From Syntrophales bacterium (GTDB lineage: Bacteria; Desulfobacterota; Syntrophia; Syntrophales; UBA2210): DNA of 64,000 nucleotides. The DNA is taken from positions 1,120,001 to 1,184,000 of the forward strand of contig CAXXKT010000001.1 of assembly GCA_963662405.2 (NCBI GenBank). Reading direction: 5' to 3'. The translations under genes and the position numbers were made by a program. The notes below the pieces were generated by a model that was not told the DNA's origin, ran no database searches, and saw nothing but the letters and a program-made list of their open reading frames with translations. Below are positions 9,359 to 18,312 of the stretch, piece after piece. Positions within the stretch are counted from its first letter, which is position 1; every line of letters begins with the position of its first letter.

Positions 9359-10675
9359 TCATTTATGGGGAGGTCTTGACATCAGGGTAATGGCGGCCCC
9401 CAGAAGGCATGCCACACCTGCTATGATAAAGGGCGTGATCCATGCCGAAGGATCACCGCCTCCCCGGGCGGCGTCCTTGAAGTACCCGGCGATCTGGGGA
9501 CCGATGACCCCGGCGATGCCGTACGACACGAATATGAAGCCGTAGTTCAGCCCGACGTTCTTGTTGCCGAAATAGTCAGCCGTCACGGCGGGGAAGAGGG
9601 CGAAGTTTCCCCCGAAGTTGAACCCGATAATGCAGGCGCCAATGATGAGGGTGAAGACGGTCCCACCCATCCGATAAAAGAGGAGCATGATGATTCCCTG
9701 GAAGAGACACATGAGAAAGATGGACATCTTTCTTCCGATCTTGTCGGAGACCGTCCCCCAGATGATCCGACCGAGGCCGTTGAATATTGCGTACAAGGCC
9801 ATGGCGGTTCCAGCCGCCGCTGAGGCCGCGGCCGCCGTCATCCCGGCTGTTTGAAGGGAGTCGATCCCGAACAGCTTGATACAGTAGATGACCATGAGGC
9901 CGGCAATGGCGGAAAAGAGAAAGGTAAGCCATGTCATGTAAAACTGAGGGGTTTTCATCATTGCGCCTGATGTGAACTCGGTCATGCCCAAGGCGGCGTT
10001 TCCCGGATTGTCGGATGATGCCGGTGCGGGAGGGGTCCATCCTTCCGGCACATACCCCTCCGGAGGATCAACCATCACGACGCTCCCCACCAGTACGGCC
10101 AGAAGAAAGATGATGCCGTATAACAGAAAGACGCTCTGCACCCCGCCGAGACCGAAGAAGTCGAGGTGTTCGATGAGACCGAACCAGGAGCCGGCCGATT
10201 TGACCCAGATCGTCGCGCCAAAGCCGAAGCCGGCCACGGCCAGACCGGTGACCATCCCCTTCTTGTCCGGGAACCACTTGACTCCCACGGCGATGGGGAC
10301 GACATAAGCCAGGCCGATACCGGCACCACCGATGATCCCGATGAATACCAGCTGTGAAAAGAAAGAGGATCCGAACAGTCCCCCCAGGATGTATCCGGCA
10401 CCCAGAACGATCCCACCGAGGGATGCCAGTTTCCGCGGGCCTGTCTTCGCGAGCATGCGTCCGGAAATGATCATGACGACCGAGAACACCAAAAGGCCGA
10501 TTGAAAATATCCACGCCGCTTGGGTCGCGCTGAAGCCGTATGTGCCCCCCTTGTCGAGGGAAAGGGTCAATGTGGGTGTGAATACGGACCACGCGTAGAT
10601 CGCGCCGAGACACAATTGGATCAATATTGCGCCGATAACAACGTGCCATCGATTCATTACTTTGCCTTCTGCCAT
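9359..10675 (-). CDS. OFA-family MFS transporter (oxalate/formate antiporter-like)
   Basis: LGAIYAWSVF, KWFPDKKG.VTGLAVAGFGFG, FNGLGRI.WG.VSD and DYFG.KN.G.NYG motifs; 12 TM. Confidence 0.9.
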   Translation of the reverse strand: MAEGKVMNRWHVVIGAILIQLCLGAIYAWSVFTPTLTLSLDKGGTYGFSATQAAWIFSIGLLVFSVVMIISGRMLAKTGPRKLASLGGIVLGAGYILGGLFGSSFFSQLVFIGIIGGAGIGLAYVVPIAVGVKWFPDKKGMVTGLAVAGFGFGATIWVKSAGSWFGLIEHLDFFGLGGVQSVFLLYGIIFLLAVLVGSVVMVDPPEGYVPEGWTPPAPASSDNPGNAALGMTEFTSGAMMKTPQFYMTWLTFLFSAIAGLMVIYCIKLFGIDSLQTAGMTAAAASAAAGTAMALYAIFNGLGRIIWGTVSDKIGRKMSIFLMCLFQGIIMLLFYRMGGTVFTLIIGACIIGFNFGGNFALFPAVTADYFGNKNVGLNYGFIFVSYGIAGVIGPQIAGYFKDAARGGGDPSAWITPFIIAGVACLLGAAITLMSRPPHK

Positions 10676-10903
10676 GCGCATCTCTCCTTTTTTCGTTTGG
10701 AGTTGAATCCCCCCTAATTTTGAGAAAACTTCTGTGCGAGTTACCCAAAATCGATATAAAGATCAAGGAGAAAATAGGGACGGACGGATTTGTTTCGACA
10801 ATTAGCTGATATAATGGAGATATTAATGAAGGCGTAGGGACGTACGAACTGCCTGATGCTATCGGGACGCGAGAAACTGCCGGTCAGGAGCGAAGCGGTA
10901 TGT

Positions 10904-11230
10904 TCAGGACTTGGCCTGTTTCTTGAGAGCCTTTGACTCTTTCTTTTTCTGCTTTACCAGGCCCTTAGCCAGCTTTTTCTCCTGTTTTGCATGCTCCTCG
11001 GGGGATATGGCGAAAGAGGGCGGCGCCGGTGTTCCGGAGCCCCTTTCCGTCTCACCTTTTCCTCCGCTCGGAGGAACTTCCGCTTCAAGTTTCGGAGCGG
11101 CACCCTTCTTCTTCAACCGGGTCTTCTCCATCAGGTGCTTGGCGAAGGTCTTGCCGAACTGTCCGATAAAGCCAGCCAGCAAGACGATAAGGACCCATTT
11201 GATAATCCTGAGATAATCAAGATCAGTCAT
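10904..11230 (-). CDS. Hypothetical protein: single N-terminal TM and Lys-rich tail
   Basis: Overlaps the mobB stop, AGGAG RBS; LIVLLAGFIGQFGK. Confidence 0.65.
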   Translation of the reverse strand: MTDLDYLRIIKWVLIVLLAGFIGQFGKTFAKHLMEKTRLKKKGAAPKLEAEVPPSGGKGETERGSGTPAPPSFAISPEEHAKQEKKLAKGLVKQKKKESKALKKQAKS

Positions 11231-11777
11231 TGGTATGCTTCTCCTGCGGCAATCGCAGAAACAGATCTGTGATCAGTCGGGCGATGCCTGTTACATCGTT
11301 GATATCAAAACAGGGAACACCAATGTCCAACGGTACATCGCCGGCGACGGCGATCAGGTTGTCTTCCGCTGTGCAGAGCAGTTCCCGCTTCAAATCCGAC
11401 CGAAAGACCTCTATCTTCGGATAGAGATTTCCCTTGAAACCCTCCGAGAGAACGATATCGACGTCATGGCCACAAATGTACCGGTCACGCAATTCCCCGA
11501 TATCGAGTTCCTGATTGACATCCTCAATGACGGCGATCTGTTCGGGAGAGACCATAACCGTCATGCGGGCTCCCGCCTTTCGATGGCGCCAGCTGTCCTT
11601 CCCCTCGCGGTCGATATCGAAGCCACGGCGACTGTGTTTGATGGTGGCGACGCGCCAACCGGCATCGATCAACTCCGGGATGATCCTCTCGATCAGGGTT
11701 GTTTTCCCTGATTCTGATTTTCCCACGATGGAAACAACGGGGATCGTCTCGGGGATGTGAGGATTACTTGTCTGCAT
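11223..11777 (-). CDS. mobB: Molybdopterin-guanine dinucleotide biosynthesis protein B
   Basis: VSIVGKSESGKTT, VATIKH, DIDREGKDSWRHRKAGA, DIVLSEGFK and PKIEV. Confidence 0.92.
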   Translation of the reverse strand: MQTSNPHIPETIPVVSIVGKSESGKTTLIERIIPELIDAGWRVATIKHSRRGFDIDREGKDSWRHRKAGARMTVMVSPEQIAVIEDVNQELDIGELRDRYICGHDVDIVLSEGFKGNLYPKIEVFRSDLKRELLCTAEDNLIAVAGDVPLDIGVPCFDINDVTGIARLITDLFLRLPQEKHTND

Positions 11778-12543
11778 GGTGATCGATCGTCCTGTCGATA
11801 AACCGGAGGTGGGGACGCATATGGGGTGTTCCGCCCCCCTCTGAAATAATCTGCATGATCTTCCGTGGATTGCGTATGGCTGATCCGCCGAGATGGGTGA
11901 CCGGTGTCCGGACAAATGCCTCCTCACAGATAGGTGTGGAGGGCCCCAGAACGGTGACATGCCGTGGGCTCCCCAGGCAGTTGAGAATCTCTTCGATTGT
12001 GTTGTTCAGGATCGACGTGGCGGTCACAATAGCCACGGTGCAATCTCCGAGGATCTTGTTCCGCTCCGTACGGTCGAGGATATCCCCTGTCCGATTTGGA
12101 TCTTTCTCGATGATCCGGAGGGTTGCCCCGGTCTTTTGTATCCGTTGTACCAGGGGACCAAAGTATCCCACCATTGCTACCCGATCATTGGGGGAAAGAT
12201 CCATCAGGGCAATTGAGTCTTGCTCCGTTTCTTCGGAGGAATCCGGATTCAGAAGCGCATTCGCCGTGGCAAGCCCCAGCGCCTTTTCCAGGGGGTTGGT
12301 CCCTGCAACGATCAAGTTCAAGAGATCCGAAGCCGCCGAGCCGGCCAGCGTTCCCGCTTTACCGATGGTTGCACACCCGGGTTTCAGTTCGTTTCTCAGG
12401 ACAGCGGCTACCCCTGTTCGCTCTCCGTCCAGTATAACGCCGATATACCCGAGTCCGATTCGTACCTCTTCCACCTGCAGCGCTCCGGCTTTGCCTGCGA
12501 GCTTGTCATGGATACTATGGGATATGGTGCCTGCTGGTATCAT
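11764..12543 (-). CDS. DUF364/DUF4213 Rossmann-like putative metal-chelation protein
   Basis: VRIGLGY, LGLATANAL, VAMVGYFGP, TATSILNNT and LGPSTP. Confidence 0.85.
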   Translation of the reverse strand: MIPAGTISHSIHDKLAGKAGALQVEEVRIGLGYIGVILDGERTGVAAVLRNELKPGCATIGKAGTLAGSAASDLLNLIVAGTNPLEKALGLATANALLNPDSSEETEQDSIALMDLSPNDRVAMVGYFGPLVQRIQKTGATLRIIEKDPNRTGDILDRTERNKILGDCTVAIVTATSILNNTIEEILNCLGSPRHVTVLGPSTPICEEAFVRTPVTHLGGSAIRNPRKIMQIISEGGGTPHMRPHLRFIDRTIDHHADK

Positions 12544-12557
12544 GGATCTGATCTCTC

Positions 12558-13319
12558 CTATGACGGCACGGGCTGCTTGCCGCTGTTTTGCAATAGAAAC
12601 TCTTTTATCTTTGTTTTTCCGATGAGGACCCGCTTTTCCATGCTGTCGTTTACGAAGAGGACCGGTATCTCGTAGATGTGCATCCCTTCCAGGAGGTCAA
12701 AATGCTCGTCCGCATCCACCTTGTTTACAACGATATCACATGATTTACAGAGATGCTCTATTTCCTCACAGCTCGAGCAGGAAGTGCTGTAAAAAAGTGT
12801 CAGGTAACTCTCGTCGAGATGGTCTCCCAGGTTTTCCGTGCTGGTCACGGTTGGTAATATCAGGTAAAAACAGGCGAAAACGACGGCAAAACCGGCAAAA
12901 CCGGTGACGGCTTCCCATCGTCCCGACAGGAGCCAGATGATACCGAGTAGAACAAACAGGGCAAAAACCGACAGACAAAACCAGCAGGGGGCATAAACCC
13001 GGAATGCCTGATACCCGACGAGAAATCCTTCGGAGGCAATTGCCGCGCAGAGGATCGTGCTGATAAGTTTGTTCTTGTATCGGCTCAATAAAAGTGATCC
13101 TGGCCGTGACAGGACGGCGAGGAACGAAAAGACCAGAAGACCCGGTATGAGGAGCGATATGTCACCGTACCGGGCGTATCTCGCAACGGTTTTACAACCC
13201 TCTGATGTACACAGGCTGGTTTGCCAGAGGTTCATAGCGACCTCAATGAGGACAATGATGGTGCCGACAATACTCAGTATAAAAAAGACAACCGGTGTGG
13301 TTTTCTCTTTCCCGTTCAT
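12558..13319 (-). CDS. VKOR-like membrane thiol oxidoreductase fused to a thioredoxin/glutaredoxin-like domain
   Basis: TM-C(X4)C (CTSEGC)-TM-TM-CWFC-TM-TM, then 'LFYSTSCSSC...EIPVLFV'. Confidence 0.6.
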   Translation of the reverse strand: MNGKEKTTPVVFFILSIVGTIIVLIEVAMNLWQTSLCTSEGCKTVARYARYGDISLLIPGLLVFSFLAVLSRPGSLLLSRYKNKLISTILCAAIASEGFLVGYQAFRVYAPCWFCLSVFALFVLLGIIWLLSGRWEAVTGFAGFAVVFACFYLILPTVTSTENLGDHLDESYLTLFYSTSCSSCEEIEHLCKSCDIVVNKVDADEHFDLLEGMHIYEIPVLFVNDSMEKRVLIGKTKIKEFLLQNSGKQPVPS

Positions 13320-13543
13320 CCTGGAACTCCTTTGCTCGAACAGCTTTAACAAAAATCGATACGGACCTGACGTGAGACGCCCCTGGCGCCGTTTTGCCGG
13401 TTAGTCCGTAATGAGCGGAGTGCATTATACCAAAAAAGTTAAGGCAGGCAAGGATAAAGACAGGATAAAGACAACGGTCCCGTGCCAGTGGTCATGCCGG
13501 ACGGATGGGTGCGTTATGATGGCGGTGTGGTTCGCCGATATTG

Positions 13544-14185
13544 TCAGTAGTTGTGTCCCGGTCGCTGGGGAAGGGTAAAGACGCAGGCGGCAAATCGTCC
13601 ATCATGGCTCAGGCTGAGGATCACGGGAAGCACCTCCTCTTTTATCCGGACCTCAGGGGGCGCCAGACCGTAATCCTCTTTCGGACGGATAATCGCGATT
13701 TCCTCCGGGTCGTTACCGAACAGGACCGACAGATTCTGCCTTGTCATGTGACGGACGAAGTCCGATTCGTCGGTGGATACACCGTGGTCCCGGGGTATCT
13801 CTCGGACATCCCATATGATCTTGTTGATTGTTTCGTGGTCCGCCGCACCGATACAGTGAACGTAATCGTCCGTGAATGTGAAACTGACGGAGATCGTACC
13901 ACGGGGGGTATGAACGGTCCCCGATTCCGGAACAGAATGATTGTGAGAAGACAACTTCACCTCATACCGTCTCGGGGCGGAAGAGACAGCAGGAGAACAC
14001 CTTCGCACCACCTTGTATGCCGTCTCTTTTCCCGCCCACAGCCGCCAGAGCATCCTGTCCGGATCGTCGTTGTCCCGAATCAGCCGTTGCTCATCCGGCG
14101 TGAACACCCTGCTCATGAAGCGGATATCGCGACTTTTCCCTGCTGTCCGAGGATCCGTAAGATCCACGATATCGTTGCCGATCAA
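13544..14185 (-). CDS. 4'-phosphopantetheinyl transferase
   Basis: IGNDIVD, RVFTPDE, LWAGKETAYK and LSLSHD; TTG start with GGAGG RBS. Confidence 0.88.
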   Translation of the reverse strand: MIGNDIVDLTDPRTAGKSRDIRFMSRVFTPDEQRLIRDNDDPDRMLWRLWAGKETAYKVVRRCSPAVSSAPRRYEVKLSSHNHSVPESGTVHTPRGTISVSFTFTDDYVHCIGAADHETINKIIWDVREIPRDHGVSTDESDFVRHMTRQNLSVLFGNDPEEIAIIRPKEDYGLAPPEVRIKEEVLPVILSLSHDGRFAACVFTLPQRPGHNY

Positions 14186-14912
14186 AGTACTCTTCCTCCA
14201 TGCGGGCTAGGTTCCCCACGATCTGCCGTGCGCAACTTCGCTGAGCCTTTAACCCCTGCCCGACCATTTCCGGAGAGAAGGGCTCAAGCTTCATGGTAAA
14301 GCGCTCACCGAACCGAGGGAGGCCACTGTACGTCTCCTGGCCGTCCCCTCTGAGATAAATACACATTACCCGGCAATCGGGGGCGTTGGCCACCAGGCGC
14401 CCGACACCGTATGAGGCATTCTCCACGTTTACCCTGCCTGTCCGGGAACGTCCCCCTTCCGGGAATATGAGGAGGCTGTTCTTCTTCTGCATGAGATAGA
14501 GGCACCGATCGAAGGTGGATCTCATATGTGTCCTGTCGCCGCCGCGGTTGATGGGGATGCACTTCGACAGGTAGCAAAAGACCGTCAGGAAGATATTCTT
14601 CTGAAAATTGGCTCGTTCCGGGAGATTCCAGGGGAGCCGTCGATAGCGCACCAGGTACCCGAAGAGGGGCGCCATGGCGCACTGAAGGATAAGAGAATCG
14701 ATCATGGTCAGGTGATTCGGACAGATAATCCACGGTCCCGTATGTTCCCGAAAGAGCAATCTGACCGTTCTTCGAACCTGCCTCAGATCGCGGACCCGGT
14801 ACCGCATCAGCCGGAGAAACAGATACGTGCTGGTACCGACAACCAGGGTAGACAGCCATCCCAGGATGGCCTGCAACCTATGGAGATAACGTTTCGTCCG
14901 GTTCATGGTCAT
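14091..14912 (-). CDS. Lysophospholipid/PlsC-family acyltransferase
   Basis: NHLTMID (HX4D), PINR and FPEGGRSR motifs; N-terminal TM. Confidence 0.9.
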   Translation of the reverse strand: MTMNRTKRYLHRLQAILGWLSTLVVGTSTYLFLRLMRYRVRDLRQVRRTVRLLFREHTGPWIICPNHLTMIDSLILQCAMAPLFGYLVRYRRLPWNLPERANFQKNIFLTVFCYLSKCIPINRGGDRTHMRSTFDRCLYLMQKKNSLLIFPEGGRSRTGRVNVENASYGVGRLVANAPDCRVMCIYLRGDGQETYSGLPRFGERFTMKLEPFSPEMVGQGLKAQRSCARQIVGNLARMEEEYFDRQRYRGSYGSSDSREKSRYPLHEQGVHAG

Positions 14913-14915
14913 GGC

Positions 14916-15164
14916 CTATTGCAACTTTCCCTTGACGATGTCGACGGCATTCCCGATCGTTCGAATCTGATCGGCATCATCATCGTCGATCTCGATGTCG
15001 AAGGCATCTTCACACTTGATAATCACATCAACCAGGCGCGCGGAATTGACCTTCAGATCGTCGAGGATATGGGTGTCATTTGTCACACCTTCCAGCAGTG
15101 CCGGATCCTTGACGTACGGTCTCAAGATATCTACCATTTCTTTAAAGATCTGTTGTTCTTCCAT
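14916..15164 (-). CDS. Acyl carrier protein (atypical NSA motif)
   Basis: 82 aa, acidic; DDLKVNSARLVDVIIKCEDAFDIEIDD...IRTIG. Confidence 0.9.
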   Translation of the reverse strand: MEEQQIFKEMVDILRPYVKDPALLEGVTNDTHILDDLKVNSARLVDVIIKCEDAFDIEIDDDDADQIRTIGNAVDIVKGKLQ

Positions 15165-15206
15165 TTTCTTTCTCCTTATGATGTATTTTTATATGTTTGA
15201 TTGTGC

Positions 15207-16484
15207 TTATGCCGCGTCCCACTTCTTGACGATGAGGCAGCTGTTCACATCCCCGAAACCGAAACTGGCCTTGGCGATGATGCTCAACTCAGGGTATTCC
15301 ATGGTCTCCCGCGGGATCTTTTCCGTAAAGGCCTCAATCTCGGGATGGATATCCTCACAATTGATGGAGGGATGGAGAAAACCCTTGTGCAACTGGAGAG
15401 CAACAGCCACCGTCTCGATGGCCCCCGCTGCACCGAGACAGTGCCCGACCATCGATTTTGTCGAGTTGATGTAAGGAAAGGTGTCGGGGGCCCGATTCAG
15501 GGCCTTTGACCAGTTCCAGACCTCTGAAGGGTCTGCGAAGGTCGCGGTGAGATGACCGCTGATGGCGTCGATATCTGCGGGAGTTATCCCCGCATCGGCT
15601 ATCGCCCCCCTGATGCAGGATTGAACCCCTGCCGGATTCGGCGCCGTCATGCTGCCGCCGCCTCGCTGACCGCCGCAGTTGACGACCCCGCCCCCGATTT
15701 CCGCGTAGATCCGCGCACCCCGCGTTCGTGCCGCTTCCAGCTCTTCGAGGACCAGGACGGCCGCCCCTGCGCCGGGAACAAATCCGTTTGCCGTGGCGCT
15801 CATCGGTCGTGAACCCTTCTCGGGATGATCGTTGAATTTGCGGGCGATGACCCGCATCGAATCGAAACCGGCCCAGATGTAGGGAGAAGGTCCTTCGGAC
15901 CCCCCCGCCAGCATGCGTGTTGCCTGCCCGGTTCGTATCCTCCACAGGGCATCGACGATCGCCTCTGTTCCGGTACTGCAGGCGGAGGAATTCGAGGTCA
16001 CCTGATTTCCGAGACCCAGGAGACCTCCCACGCGTGCGCTCGTCCCGCTGTTCATCACCTGCTCGACAATCGTGCTTCCCATCCGCCGTGTTCTCCCCGC
16101 ATTGACCATGGGGACCACCGTTTCGGCGATCGTGTCCATCCCGCCGATACCGCACCCGAGGATGGCTCCCGTTTCCCAGTCCACCGGATCGTTGTCCCCG
16201 GGGATCTCGAAGCCCGCATCGCGCCACGCATCCACGGCGGATATGGAAACATACCCGATGTTCTGGTTCATGGAGAGGCGCTCCTCTTCATTGAAGTAAT
16301 CGGGCAGGATCTCCTCGATCCCCTCCGGTGCCCCTCCGATCTGGCAACCGAACTTCAGTTCCTCCAGTCGGGGAAAAAACCGGACTCCCGAACGCCCCTC
16401 GCGCAGGGCCTGTTCGAACGTATCAAGCCCATGGCCGTTCGGCGCTACCACTCCCATACCTGTAATCACAACTCTACGTTTCAT
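15207..16484 (-). CDS. fabF: Beta-ketoacyl-ACP synthase (FabF/FabB family)
   Basis: RRVVITGMG; Cys-His-His triad in SACSTG, GHLTAT and KSMVGHCLGAAG; SFGFG. Confidence 0.88.
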   Translation of the reverse strand: MKRRVVITGMGVVAPNGHGLDTFEQALREGRSGVRFFPRLEELKFGCQIGGAPEGIEEILPDYFNEEERLSMNQNIGYVSISAVDAWRDAGFEIPGDNDPVDWETGAILGCGIGGMDTIAETVVPMVNAGRTRRMGSTIVEQVMNSGTSARVGGLLGLGNQVTSNSSACSTGTEAIVDALWRIRTGQATRMLAGGSEGPSPYIWAGFDSMRVIARKFNDHPEKGSRPMSATANGFVPGAGAAVLVLEELEAARTRGARIYAEIGGGVVNCGGQRGGGSMTAPNPAGVQSCIRGAIADAGITPADIDAISGHLTATFADPSEVWNWSKALNRAPDTFPYINSTKSMVGHCLGAAGAIETVAVALQLHKGFLHPSINCEDIHPEIEAFTEKIPRETMEYPELSIIAKASFGFGDVNSCLIVKKWDAA

Positions 16485-16950
16485 GAGAATCAACCCCTCT
16501 GCCGGTCAGTGTCCCGGAACAGATAAGTTCGCCGTGTTCCCGTTCCATACTGACCTTTGTTTTCAGGTTTCCCCTGCGGAGATAGACCTTTTCGCCTCTG
16601 ATGACGACCCTCTCGCCGGGACGGACGATGGCGTGAAACTCACACTCGTCGGCCATGACGAAGAGGGTAACCATGTGGCGAATGCTTTCAGGCAACACAC
16701 CCTGGAGTATCAGCAGGTATATCCCGAAGGCGACGACCCCCGTCTGCGCCATCGTCTCGATCAGGATGACCCCGGGGGTGACGGGTCGTCCGGGGAAATG
16801 CCCCCGGTAGAAGTACTCGTTCTCCCGGAAGCGGTATGTCCCGACTATGTGATCCTCGTCCATCTCCAGGATGTCATCGATAAAGCGAAACGGAGGTCTC
16901 TGGGGCACCATCTCCAGGACCTGCCGTACCGTTTCGGAATCAACCGCCAT
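16474..16950 (-). CDS. fabZ: 3-hydroxyacyl-ACP dehydratase, FabZ-type
   Basis: PQRPPFRFID and GHFPGRPVTPGVILIETMAQ (His/Glu dyad). Confidence 0.85.
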   Translation of the reverse strand: MAVDSETVRQVLEMVPQRPPFRFIDDILEMDEDHIVGTYRFRENEYFYRGHFPGRPVTPGVILIETMAQTGVVAFGIYLLILQGVLPESIRHMVTLFVMADECEFHAIVRPGERVVIRGEKVYLRRGNLKTKVSMEREHGELICSGTLTGRGVDSHET

Positions 16951-17692
16951 ACAGCCCTCCGTTTACATGAATCACGCTCCCCGTAACGTACGTACCCCTG
17001 CGGGAGAGGAAGGCAACCACGTCTGCCACCTCTTCGGGACGTCCCATCCGCCCCAGGGGAATATTCTGGGCGATACCCTGCCGCACCTCGTCGGAGAGTT
17101 CCGTGGTCATCGCCGTATCGATGAATCCCGGCGCCACCGAGTTGACGAGGATATTACGCCCCTCCAGCTCTTTGGTGAGTGATTTGGTGAAGGCATCGAG
17201 GGCCGCTTTCTCCATCGTGTACGGTATCTGCCATTTGTTGCCGGTGTGGCCCACTACACTGGATATATTGATGATCCTGCCCTCCCCTGTCCGCAGCATG
17301 AAGAGGCGCAGTATCCGTTTGGTGAGATACCAGGTCCCGCGAAGCAGAGAGCGCTGCAGGTCGAACTCCTCGATCTTCATCGAGTTGATATCGTTATTGA
17401 CTGATATGCCGGCGTTATTGACCAGGACATCCACCCGTCCCGCCTCCCTCTTGATCGTCTTGACCATCGCCTCTCCGTCATCAGGGTCGGCGATATCGGC
17501 CTTGAGGAGAAAGCCGTTTCCAATACGGGAAAGGACCTCTTGCGCCGGCCCCTCGCTTGTACGATAGTGGATGCCGACCCTGAACCCTTCACCGGCGAGG
17601 GCCTCGCAACACGCGGCACCGATCCCGGTCCCCCCTCCCGTAACAATCGCCACGGGTCTTGACTCTGCGTCTGTACTGGCTGATCGGTTCAT
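16940..17692 (-). CDS. fabG: 3-oxoacyl-ACP reductase (SDR)
   Basis: TGGGTGIG, NNAG, NISS, YTMEK (YxxxK), VAPGFIDTAMT, IPLGRMG and VNGGL. Confidence 0.88.
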   Translation of the reverse strand: MNRSASTDAESRPVAIVTGGGTGIGAACCEALAGEGFRVGIHYRTSEGPAQEVLSRIGNGFLLKADIADPDDGEAMVKTIKREAGRVDVLVNNAGISVNNDINSMKIEEFDLQRSLLRGTWYLTKRILRLFMLRTGEGRIINISSVVGHTGNKWQIPYTMEKAALDAFTKSLTKELEGRNILVNSVAPGFIDTAMTTELSDEVRQGIAQNIPLGRMGRPEEVADVVAFLSRRGTYVTGSVIHVNGGLYGG

Positions 17693-18285
17693 ATCTCCCT
17701 CTTGATAATGCCTCCCCGTGAATTGGAGGAGGGTTTTGGATAATCCGGATAGACGATCCCCTTGAAGATCCCCGTCCGGGCATTTTTGATGGTCATGATC
17801 AACTCGTCATCGACGAATACGGTGCCGTCACCGATGACGATGCTCGATCCGGAGTCCTTGAGATTCGAGAACCGTTTCACCTCGATTTCATACCGGACTA
17901 TCTGGTTATAGGGGCGTATCTGTCCATTGAAGACGATCTCCTCGCATCCCAGGGCCCTTCCGCCTCCCAGGCCACCCCTCCAGCAGCAGTAAAAACCAAG
18001 CAATTGCCAGATCGCGTCCACGCACAGGCACCCCGGCTGCACCGGGTCACCCGGCATGTGGCACTGAAAATACCAGGCGTCCATCCGGATGTCCTGCTCG
18101 GCCACGATGGTCCCTTTCCGTCCGTTCCCCAAAATTGAAAGGATCCGGTCAACCATCAAAAACGGCGGCGCGGGGAGCCGCGAGTCAAAAGATTCGGGCG
18201 GGTCGTCCACCAGTCGTCCGTAGGCGAAGGCAAGAAGATCGTTCAAGCAAAAGCTTTCCGTATTCATGAATTCAGTGTAATTCAA
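17689..18285 (-). CDS. fabA: 3-hydroxyacyl-ACP dehydratase/isomerase, FabA-type
   Basis: LPAPPFLMVDRI and WYFQCHMPGDPVQPGCLCVDAIWQLLGF (His/Asp dyad as in FabA), GRALG. Confidence 0.88.
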   Translation of the reverse strand: MNYTEFMNTESFCLNDLLAFAYGRLVDDPPESFDSRLPAPPFLMVDRILSILGNGRKGTIVAEQDIRMDAWYFQCHMPGDPVQPGCLCVDAIWQLLGFYCCWRGGLGGGRALGCEEIVFNGQIRPYNQIVRYEIEVKRFSNLKDSGSSIVIGDGTVFVDDELIMTIKNARTGIFKGIVYPDYPKPSSNSRGGIIKREI

Positions 18286-18312
18286 CGTTTCCTCACAATC
18301 CGTTCAGTATCC

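Noticed and set aside
13451..13472. Tandem AGGATAAAGAC x2
   Set aside because: Only two short copies with no spacers; not a CRISPR array or a meaningful repeat.
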